The position numbers and the translations under genes are program-made. Below the pieces are notes generated by a model. It was not told the DNA's origin and ran no database searches. It worked only from the letters and a program-made list of their open reading frames with translations. DNA of 64,000 nucleotides, taken from assembly GCA_963664705.1 (NCBI GenBank), contig OY761556.1, forward strand, positions 2,272,001-2,336,000, read 5' to 3'. How positions within the stretch are numbered: the first letter of the stretch is position 1; every line of letters begins with the position of its first letter. This document shows, one piece after another, positions 18,231 through 26,255 of the stretch. The DNA comes from Acidobacteriota bacterium. GTDB lineage: Bacteria; Acidobacteriota; UBA6911.

Positions 18231-19172
18231 TTACGCGTTCAAGGGGTGCATTTCAAGCCAGCGTTCGCTTCGCAGTGCAGCCATGCAGCCGAAGCCAGCA
18301 GCCGTAATAGCCTGGCGGTAATACCTGTCGTGCACATCCCCGGCGGCAAAAACTCCTTCCATGCTGGTTTCAACGCCGTTGTGGGTCACGACATACCCTT
18401 GCGCATCAAGATCGATGACCCCTTGCAGGAATTCCGTGTTGGGATGATGGCCGATTGCCATGAAGACACCGCCGATCTCCTGTGTCCATTCCTTGCCGGT
18501 CACAACATCCTTGAGTGCAACCGAGCGCAGGACATCTTCGCCCGTATAACCTGTGATAACCGTATTCCAGAGGAAGCTTATCTTCCCATTTTCAGTTGCG
18601 CGCTGCTGCATGATTTTACTGGCGCGCAAGGCATCGCGCCTGTGGACAACCGTCACTTTGGATGCGTGGTGCGCCAGTGTCAGCGCCTCCTCGAGCGCAG
18701 TATCGCCTCCCCCAACCACCATCACTTCCTGATTTCGGAAGAAGAGGCCATCGCAGACCGCGCATGCGGAAAGGCCTCGGTTGCGATATTTCGATTCATC
18801 GGGAAGTTGCAGCCATTGCGCAGTGGCTCCGGTGGCAATGATCACGGCTCGCGCCTCGCGCCAGCCTGAACCGGAACGTATCCGGAAGGGGCCGCCGGGC
18901 TTGAATTCCACTTCCTCGACATCCTCTTCGATGACCTCGGTGTTGAAACGAAGCACCTGTTTTTGCATGAGCTCCATCAATTCAGGCCCTTGTACGCCCT
19001 TCGGGAATCCGGGAAAATTCTCCACCTCAGTCGTAAACATGAGCTGGCCGCCGGGCATCTGCTGCCCCCTGGGCTCCGATGCAAAAAGAACCGGGGACAG
19101 ATTCGCCCGAGCTGTGTAAATCGCTGCAGTATATCCGGCCGGTCCGGAACCAATAATGATCACGTTATGCAT
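18231..19172 (-). CDS. trxB: Thioredoxin-disulfide reductase
   Basis: IIGSGPAGYTAAIY, ENFPGF, SACAVCDG, VGGGDTALEEA, FAAGDV, RQAITAAG. Confidence 0.96.
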   Translation of the reverse strand: MHNVIIIGSGPAGYTAAIYTARANLSPVLFASEPRGQQMPGGQLMFTTEVENFPGFPKGVQGPELMELMQKQVLRFNTEVIEEDVEEVEFKPGGPFRIRSGSGWREARAVIIATGATAQWLQLPDESKYRNRGLSACAVCDGLFFRNQEVMVVGGGDTALEEALTLAHHASKVTVVHRRDALRASKIMQQRATENGKISFLWNTVITGYTGEDVLRSVALKDVVTGKEWTQEIGGVFMAIGHHPNTEFLQGVIDLDAQGYVVTHNGVETSMEGVFAAGDVHDRYYRQAITAAGFGCMAALRSERWLEMHPLNA

Positions 19173-19312
19173 AGTTCAGCACCCTGTAAGTAATTGAAGA
19201 TTCATGACCCGCTGATTATATGCGAAATCCACGGGAGAAAAACAGAGGTCTCTCCGGCTCGCCTATCTGCCACTGCTTAAGACGGATGCAACGCAGTAAA
19301 CTGCATTTTGGG

Positions 19313-20956
19313 TTAGGTAATCACGGACGGAGCATCGCGATGAAATCGCATTTTCAACTGAAACAAATCGCCGGCGGCAGCGATCAGCGGCTGCAGCATG
19401 GGCTCAATGGGAGCATCTCCGCCGGCCATATAACGCTCGAAATAAAGACGGAGCGTGGCTCCTTCGGTGCCGGTGCCGGAGAGACGGCCGATAATCCGCG
19501 AGCCGTCGGCAAGCCGGATGCGAATACCCTGGCGCAGGCTGACGCTGCCGTCCACAGGATCGGTATATTGGAAATCATCCGCCTGAACGATCCGGCTTGC
19601 AGCCATGGAAATCCCCGTCATTTTTCCAACTTTCTCACGCAGCTCGCCAATCATTTCGCCCGCCGACTTCAGGTCCAATTGTTCGTAATCATGCCTCTGA
19701 TAATAGCTTCGTCCAAATATCCGCCAGTGGTCTTGAACCAGCCGGTCCACGGAGGTACGACGAACCGCAAGAATGCCCAGCCAGACGAGGACCGCCCAAA
19801 GCCCATCTTTCTCCCGAACATGGTCCGAGCCGGTGCCAAAGCTCTCCTCCCCACAGATTGTGCACAAGCCTGCGTCCATGAGATTGCCGAAAAACTTCCA
19901 GCCGGTCGGCGTCTCGTGGCAGCGGATCCCGAGTTTCGCTGCAACACGGTCCACAGCCGCACTGGTCGGCATTGATCGCGCAACGCCCTTCAATCCGGAT
20001 CTGTATCCCGGAAGGCATTCTGCAGCATGCTGGGCAATGACCGCGAGAGAGTCACCCGGGGTGACGAAAAAGCTACGGCTAAGGATCATATTTCGATCGC
20101 CGTCACCATCGCACGCCGCCCCCAGGTCCGGAGCATTCGGCAGAGACATGCTGCGTACCAATTCGGCCGCGTGCAACTGGTTGGGATCAGGATGGAGTCC
20201 GCCGAAATCCTCGAGCGGTTCTCCTCGAATAACAGTCCCGGAAGGAGCACCCAGGAGATTTTCGAAGATGTGCCGGGCATAAATCCCGGTAATGCCATGC
20301 ATGGCATCAAAACACAGGCGAAATCCGCTTTGAAACAGCGATTGCATCGCGCCGAAATCGAAAAGGGTTTGCAGCACTCCCGTATAATCCTGCAGGGGAT
20401 CGATGATGGAAACTTCCGTGCGGCCAAGGATCGTCGTACCTTCCCGATCCAGGTCGATATCGTTCGATTCCAGCGTCAGGTATCGCTCGATTTTGAGGCT
20501 TTGCTCGTAAATGCGCTCCGTGATCCCTTCCGGCGCGGGTCCGCCGTTGCGAATGTTGTATTTGATTCCGAAATCCTCATTGGCGCCGCCGGGATTATGA
20601 CTGGCAGTAAGCAGGATCCCTCCCATGGCGTTTCTGCGGCGAATCAGCGCCGACATGGCGGGAGTAGAAAGAAATCCACTTCGCCCCACCAGGACACGGC
20701 GAAAACCATTCGCTGCGGCAATCCGGATGATTTTCTGAATAGCCGCGCGGTTGTAATACCGCCCATCCCCGCCAATGGCGAGAATCTCCCCGGAAAAATC
20801 GGTGCTATCGCGCAGAGAGTCGAAAATGGATTGCGCAAAGTTTTCGACATAGTGCGGCTGCTCGAAAATTCTTGTCTTCTTGCGCAGTCCGGAAGTCCCT
20901 GGTTTCTGGTCATTGAACGGTTTTGTCTGAATAATCCGAATGGAATCGTCTGTCAT
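19313..20956 (-). CDS. pgm: Alpha-D-glucose phosphate-specific phosphoglucomutase (PGM1-like)
   Basis: DQKPGTSGLRKK, LTASHNPGG, DGDGDRN, CGEESFGTGSDHVREKDG, RLSGTGT. Confidence 0.95.
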   Translation of the reverse strand: MTDDSIRIIQTKPFNDQKPGTSGLRKKTRIFEQPHYVENFAQSIFDSLRDSTDFSGEILAIGGDGRYYNRAAIQKIIRIAAANGFRRVLVGRSGFLSTPAMSALIRRRNAMGGILLTASHNPGGANEDFGIKYNIRNGGPAPEGITERIYEQSLKIERYLTLESNDIDLDREGTTILGRTEVSIIDPLQDYTGVLQTLFDFGAMQSLFQSGFRLCFDAMHGITGIYARHIFENLLGAPSGTVIRGEPLEDFGGLHPDPNQLHAAELVRSMSLPNAPDLGAACDGDGDRNMILSRSFFVTPGDSLAVIAQHAAECLPGYRSGLKGVARSMPTSAAVDRVAAKLGIRCHETPTGWKFFGNLMDAGLCTICGEESFGTGSDHVREKDGLWAVLVWLGILAVRRTSVDRLVQDHWRIFGRSYYQRHDYEQLDLKSAGEMIGELREKVGKMTGISMAASRIVQADDFQYTDPVDGSVSLRQGIRIRLADGSRIIGRLSGTGTEGATLRLYFERYMAGGDAPIEPMLQPLIAAAGDLFQLKMRFHRDAPSVIT

Positions 20957-21077
20957 GTATTCATGATACCCCTAAAACCTGCATTTATTAACCTTAGACC
21001 GGAGCAATCCGAATAAAAAAATCTTTGATCCGCAAGATCCGAAAATTTCGCATTACCGAATGGAAGGAGATTGGATC

Positions 21078-21752
21078 ATGAAAGAAACCGTTACAATGCA
21101 TGTTCGGGAATATGGGGGGTTGCTGGCGGCTCCGGAGAAAAAGGCTCTTCTATGGCTGGCTCAGCGAACGCCCCGATGGATAAACTCGGATCACCTGACC
21201 CTCCTCGGCCTCTTCTCCATGGTTGGCGCAGGGTTGGCCTACTGGACTGCAAGCCGAAACAAATATGCTCTGCTGCTTGTTGTTGTTTCGCTGTTCCTGA
21301 ATTGGTATGGCGACAGCCTGGATGGAACCCTGGCAAGGTTCCGCAATTGTCAGCGGCCCCGCTATGGCTATTACGTCGATCATGTGATCGACCTTTTCGG
21401 CACAACAGCTCTGCTTGCCGGACTGGCTTTCTCCGGATATATGAATCACCTGATCACGCTGGCTTTGCTTGCCGCCTTTGTGCTTGTCGAAGCAGAGGTA
21501 TTCCTGGCAACCCATGTCCACCAGGTATTCAAGCTTTCCTGTTTCAGGATCGGGCCTACGGAACTGCGCATCGTCCTGGCGATTGGAACCCTGTATCTCC
21601 TTCACAGCTCAAAGGTGCACCTCGCAGGGCGGGAGTTTCTGCTCTTTGACATTGGAGGCATTGTCGCCATCGCGGGACTCTGCGCGGCTTTCGCCTTTTC
21701 ATCCATTCGAAATACGCTGGCGCTGTACAAGGCCGAACCCATGCCGCGCTGA
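21078..21752 (+). CDS. CDP-alcohol phosphatidyltransferase family protein
   Basis: DSLDGTLARFRNCQRPRYGYYVDHVID matches DxxDGxxAR...GxxxDxxxD; AGGAG RBS. Confidence 0.9.
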   Translation: MKETVTMHVREYGGLLAAPEKKALLWLAQRTPRWINSDHLTLLGLFSMVGAGLAYWTASRNKYALLLVVVSLFLNWYGDSLDGTLARFRNCQRPRYGYYVDHVIDLFGTTALLAGLAFSGYMNHLITLALLAAFVLVEAEVFLATHVHQVFKLSCFRIGPTELRIVLAIGTLYLLHSSKVHLAGREFLLFDIGGIVAIAGLCAAFAFSSIRNTLALYKAEPMPR

Positions 21753-21764
21753 AGGACGGACCGG

Positions 21765-22184
21765 ATGAATGAAATACACACAAAGATACGAGCGGTATCG
21801 CACCGGTGCCTGATCTTCTACACGGTCGGAGCAATGGGGATTGCAGTTCAAATCACAGTGCTTTTTGCACTGGCGCATTGCGCGCGCCTGGGATACCTGC
21901 TCTCCACCGCCCTGGGAGTTGAAGCGGCAGTATTGCACAACTTTGCCTGGCATGAACGATGGACATGGGCGGACCGCATAGGTCCGCACGGATCGGTTCT
22001 GAAACGACTGCTGCGGTTTCACATCGCAAACGGTGTGGTATCGCTGGCCGGCAATGTGATTTTGATGCAATTTTTCGTAGGCCATTTGGGTTGGAGCCTC
22101 CTCTGCGCCAACGGCCTGTCGATTGCTATCTGTTCCGTTCTCAACTTTGTCGCCGGAGACAGGCTTGTCTTCAGGAGAAGTTAA
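21765..22184 (+). CDS. GtrA family membrane protein
   Basis: FYTVGAMG, AVLHNFAWHERWTW, NFVAGDRLVF; 4 TM helices. Confidence 0.87.
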   Translation: MNEIHTKIRAVSHRCLIFYTVGAMGIAVQITVLFALAHCARLGYLLSTALGVEAAVLHNFAWHERWTWADRIGPHGSVLKRLLRFHIANGVVSLAGNVILMQFFVGHLGWSLLCANGLSIAICSVLNFVAGDRLVFRRS

Positions 22185-22257
22185 ACATGCGCTTCTCCAG
22201 GGTCTTTACGACTTTCTGAAGAGCCTCGGAAGTGCTCGAAAAAGGAGTGGTATAAAC

Positions 22258-23121
22258 ATGGCATCTGCTATTCGTCTCTTTCCCATCTCAGTCCTCGCCC
22301 TGCTTTTTGGAGTGATGCAGGGATACGCTGCCGACTTGAAACCGGAGACGCTGCGGGCATGGGATACTGCGGTGGAAAAACTCGAGAAACGCATTGCTTC
22401 CGAAGTGGCATCAAACAAGGGCTTCCTGTCATTGGATTTTCAGAATACAACAACTGCGGCCGCAGACCGGAAACGTCTGTTATCGGGGGAAGTCCCGGTT
22501 GAACAGATCAACAGCAGTGCGGAAACGGTGCCGGTCCCGAGCGGTATGCTGCACCACTGGAGAGGGCTGGTGTTTATTCCGGGCGTCAGTCTCGATTTTG
22601 TTCTGTCGAGAGTTGCCGATCCCAGGCTGGAGGATACGCGACAGGAAGACGTGCTCGACTCCAGAGTCCTGGAGAAACAGCCCGGTCAGCTCCGGCTCTA
22701 TCTCAAGCTGCACCGATCAAAGATCGTAACCGTGGTCTATAACACCGAACACCTGGTTCGATACCGCAAACTAGAAATCGCCCAGGCTATCAGCAGCAGC
22801 ATCGCAACCAAAATTGCGGAGATTGATAATGGGGACAACGGCGTGGAATATGAAAAGCCTCAGGGACACGATCACGGCTATCTCTGGCGCATGAACTCCT
22901 ATTGGCGTTACCAGGAAGTCCAGGGAGGCGTCATTGTGGAATGCGAGTCCATGACCCTGAGTCGATCCATTCCCAATATTCTTGAATACATGATTCGGCC
23001 GATCATCAAAAGCGTGGCCCGCGAATCGATGAAGAGAACGCTGGAATCGCTTCGCGCAAGGATGGTAAAAGCGCACAGACAGGGAACGCTACCAGGCTGC
23101 GCGCCAACTTGCCCGACGTAG
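22258..23121 (+). CDS. Conserved hypothetical exported protein
   Basis: AGGAG RBS and signal peptide. Motifs HHWRGLVFIPG and GYLWRMNSYWRY...VECESMTLSR. Confidence 0.75.
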   Translation: MASAIRLFPISVLALLFGVMQGYAADLKPETLRAWDTAVEKLEKRIASEVASNKGFLSLDFQNTTTAAADRKRLLSGEVPVEQINSSAETVPVPSGMLHHWRGLVFIPGVSLDFVLSRVADPRLEDTRQEDVLDSRVLEKQPGQLRLYLKLHRSKIVTVVYNTEHLVRYRKLEIAQAISSSIATKIAEIDNGDNGVEYEKPQGHDHGYLWRMNSYWRYQEVQGGVIVECESMTLSRSIPNILEYMIRPIIKSVARESMKRTLESLRARMVKAHRQGTLPGCAPTCPT

Positions 23122-23134
23122 ACTTTTTTGCCGA

Positions 23135-24622
23135 TCATTCGTCCCGGCCAAAGGCAGCTTTTGCCGTTGTCGGTTCAATCAAGAGGAATCCAACAAGCGC
23201 CCCGATAGCAACAGCCAGGAGAATGGTGGCATAGACGGCATGCATCGTGTGCATGCGGGCAGCGGAGATTGCCAATTCAAGCACAAAAACCCAGTCTGCC
23301 CACCGGATCCACCGGTGAACCTTATGGCGCTGCGGGGAGAGCTCCGACTTATAAAAACCGGATGTGAACCAGAGATGCAGCCGCAGATTGGCAGCTATCC
23401 CCACCGCAACAATGGCAGGGAAAAAATAAAGGGATCCTTCGATGCCTGGAAGCGACTGCTTGACGACCCAGAGCGGATACAGCATTCCGTAATAGCCAAA
23501 ACCGGCGACAGCCTGATGGAATTGCCACCACCAAAGCGCGGGGCTGTGGCGCAGCGCCGGCATCGCATTTCCACCGTCGGAAAGCCGAACCAGGGCAGAA
23601 AGGAGCTCCTCCGCATCCGCGTATCGCTCGCCGGGATCCTTCTTCAAACAGCGGAGCACGATCTCCTCCACGCCTTTCGGGACTTTCGGGTTCGCCCGGC
23701 ACAGATCAGGAACATTCGCCTCCAGGATTCGGGCAACCGTGGATACGGAGTCAGAAACTCCAAACGGGTGCTTCCCTGCCGCCAGTTCATAGAGCATTAC
23801 CCCAAGCGAAAATATATCCGTACGCCGATCAACGGTCGCACCCAACAATTGCTCGGGCGAAGCGTAAGCTGGTGTGCCAAGAAATGCGCCGGAGCGAGTG
23901 ATGCGGGTATCCGGATTCGCTCCATTTCCTGATTCAATCCTGGCCAGGCCGAAATCGAGTATTTTAATAGAACCCGAATCCGACAATATGACATTCTCGG
24001 GTTTCAGATCTCTGTGGATGATTCCCTGGGCATGTGCTGCCGCCAGCGCACGGGTGATCTGGATGGCAATGTCGATAAGCTGATGCATCGGAACCGGTCC
24101 GCTCTGCGCCAATTTGAGCAAAGTGGATCCCTGGACATACTCGGAAACGATAAAAAATGCATCCTCCAACTCCTCCAGGGAATAGACAGTGGCAATCCCT
24201 GGATGAGACAACCTGGCGGCTGCCCGGGCTTCTCTTCGCAGGCGTTCGCGAAACTGCGGATCGCTGGTATATTTTGGAGCCAGCATCTTGATCGCTACGA
24301 GGCGATCCAGCCGGTTATCCCGCGCCATATACACAATTCCCATCCCGCCCTGACCGACCTTGCCTGTAATCTCATAGCCGCCGATTCGCTGCCCTATCAT
24401 GGAACCGCCGCTCTCACTCTGAAACAGTTCGGGGACTGCCGCATATACCGGCTTTTCCAGAAAACTGTCGGCGCCGTAGCTCTCCAGCAATACCTGAACT
24501 TCCTTCCGAAGCTCAGGATCTGATTGACAGGCCTCGTCAAGAAATGCCGCGCGGGAGCCCGCATCCTTTTCGATGGCGGATTCGAACAGCCGCTTCAATA
24601 ACTGCCAGCGCTCAGGATTCAA
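23135..24622 (-). CDS. Hanks-type Ser/Thr protein kinase with C-terminal multi-TM domain
   Basis: GQGGMGIVY, VAIK, HRDLKPEN, DFGLAR, GTPAYASPEQ. TTG start (LNPERWQ) overlaps the upstream sigma gene. Confidence 0.93.
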   Translation of the reverse strand: MNPERWQLLKRLFESAIEKDAGSRAAFLDEACQSDPELRKEVQVLLESYGADSFLEKPVYAAVPELFQSESGGSMIGQRIGGYEITGKVGQGGMGIVYMARDNRLDRLVAIKMLAPKYTSDPQFRERLRREARAAARLSHPGIATVYSLEELEDAFFIVSEYVQGSTLLKLAQSGPVPMHQLIDIAIQITRALAAAHAQGIIHRDLKPENVILSDSGSIKILDFGLARIESGNGANPDTRITRSGAFLGTPAYASPEQLLGATVDRRTDIFSLGVMLYELAAGKHPFGVSDSVSTVARILEANVPDLCRANPKVPKGVEEIVLRCLKKDPGERYADAEELLSALVRLSDGGNAMPALRHSPALWWWQFHQAVAGFGYYGMLYPLWVVKQSLPGIEGSLYFFPAIVAVGIAANLRLHLWFTSGFYKSELSPQRHKVHRWIRWADWVFVLELAISAARMHTMHAVYATILLAVAIGALVGFLLIEPTTAKAAFGRDE

Positions 24623-25169
24623 CAGCTTTCTCCATCTCGGTTCGAAGCCAGGCCTTTGCCAGGCTCCAGTTGCGTTTAATGGTAGCCGGAGACGAACCAA
24701 GGATTTCCGCCGTCTCCTCGACGGTTAATCCGCCAAAAAACCTGAGCTCCACAATCCGGGCTAATTGGGGATCCATTGCATCCAGACGCTCCAGGGATTC
24801 ATGCAGGGCAAGCATGTCGATGGAAGCCTCTTCCTGGGCTACCACCGCATTTTCGAAACTGACGCGCACTCGCGATCCTCCGCGCTTGGTGGCAGCGCGC
24901 GCCCGGGCTCTCTCCACCAGAATCTCTCGCATGGCGTGCGCGGCAATTGCGCAGAAATGCGCCCGATTCTGCCAGAAATGCGCTCGTTCCTTTGCCAGGC
25001 GCAGGTAGGCTTCATTGACTAATGCGGTTGCCTGCAGGGTCTGGGCGGCCCGTTCCCGGGCCATATAGCGGCGAGCCAGCCGTCTTAATTCGTCATAGAC
25101 AGCAGGCATGACATTGGAAAGGCTGAGGGGTCCCGCTTCATTGTCGAACTGGTTTTTGACCATGGTCAT
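24612..25169 (-). CDS. Kinase-associated ECF sigma factor
   Basis: VYDELRRLARRYM..TLQATALVNEAYLRL, AMREILVERAR, VELRFFGGLT, WSLAKAWL. Confidence 0.92.
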   Translation of the reverse strand: MTMVKNQFDNEAGPLSLSNVMPAVYDELRRLARRYMARERAAQTLQATALVNEAYLRLAKERAHFWQNRAHFCAIAAHAMREILVERARARAATKRGGSRVRVSFENAVVAQEEASIDMLALHESLERLDAMDPQLARIVELRFFGGLTVEETAEILGSSPATIKRNWSLAKAWLRTEMEKAVES

Positions 25170-25284
25170 GTCCCGGTATTTTAATCCGAATTGCTATCCC
25201 TTTGCACAGCCGAAGACATGGAAAAGATCTTATGGTACTCTGGTCAGGAACAGGACTTTCATTGACAGTATAGGAGAAAAAACT

Positions 25285-25758
25285 GTGAAAAAGGACGAGT
25301 TTTTCCAATATGCGCTGGATGCGTTCAAGCCTGCCGAGACAATGCTGAAGATGGTTCCCGCTGATAAACTGGATTGGAAGCCCGGCCCGACTTTCATGAC
25401 CATGGGCCAGCTCATCTGTCATCTCAGCAGCGGCATCGGCACCGAATTGAAAATGGCGATCGACAACAGTTGGCCGACACCGGGCGAAGGCGGCATGCCG
25501 CAATTCCCCTCCTGCGGCGTTGCGGAAGCGATTGCGAATCTCGAAAAGGACAAAACCACACTTCGCGCCATTCTTGACGGCATGTCCGAAGAAGAATTCG
25601 CGACCAAAATTATCTCGGTCCCATGGGGATGGAAATCGAAAATAGAGAAGATGTCCCTCGATTTCCGCGATCACTTCATCCATCACAAGATGCAGCTCTT
25701 CACCTACCTCAAGCTGCTCGAACTCCCCGTCAACACCGAAACGCTGTACATGGGATAA
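25285..25758 (+). CDS. DinB family protein
   Basis: GTG start after AGGAG. LDWKP..MTMGQLICH and HFIHHKMQLFTYLK (His triad). Confidence 0.85.
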   Translation: MKKDEFFQYALDAFKPAETMLKMVPADKLDWKPGPTFMTMGQLICHLSSGIGTELKMAIDNSWPTPGEGGMPQFPSCGVAEAIANLEKDKTTLRAILDGMSEEEFATKIISVPWGWKSKIEKMSLDFRDHFIHHKMQLFTYLKLLELPVNTETLYMG

Positions 25759-26255
25759 TGATGATTGTTCGAGTATTCGTAACCGGCGGAACCTTCGACA
25801 AAGAGTACGATGAGTTGGAGGGAAAACTCTATTTCAGGGATACGCATCTGCCCGAAATGCTCGAGCTTGGCCGGTGCAAAGTAAAGGTGGATATCCGGAC
25901 GCTGATGATGATCGACAGCCTCGATATGACCGAGTCCGACAGGAACATCATCCTGGACAACTGTCAAAAGTGCAAAGAGGATTGCATCGTCATTACCCAC
26001 GGTACCGATACAATGGAAGAGACCGCTCGCGTGCTGGGTCAAGCCTCTTTAGATAAGACCATTGTTCTGACGGGCGCGATGATTCCCTTCAAGTTCGGGA
26101 GTTCGGATGGACTCTTTAACCTTGGCAGCGCCCTGGCCTTTGCACAGTGCCTTCCCCGCGGAGTTTACGTGGCAATGAACGGCCGGTATTTTCGCTGGGA
26201 TAATGTCCACAAAAATCGCCAAGTCGGGGAATTTGAGGAAAAACAGAATGCATGA
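25758..26255 (+). CDS. Asparaginase N-terminal domain protein
   Basis: TGGTFDK, IDSLDM, ITHGTDTM, LTGAMIP, SDGLFN. Start overlaps the dinB stop (TAATG). Confidence 0.9.
   Translation: MMIVRVFVTGGTFDKEYDELEGKLYFRDTHLPEMLELGRCKVKVDIRTLMMIDSLDMTESDRNIILDNCQKCKEDCIVITHGTDTMEETARVLGQASLDKTIVLTGAMIPFKFGSSDGLFNLGSALAFAQCLPRGVYVAMNGRYFRWDNVHKNRQVGEFEEKQNA

Noticed and set aside
19220-21016. Long plus-strand ORFs opposite pgm (similar ones lie opposite carB, SBP-OmpA and the AAA+ gene)
   Set aside because: Typical stop-poor antisense frames of GC-rich coding sequence with no protein motifs.
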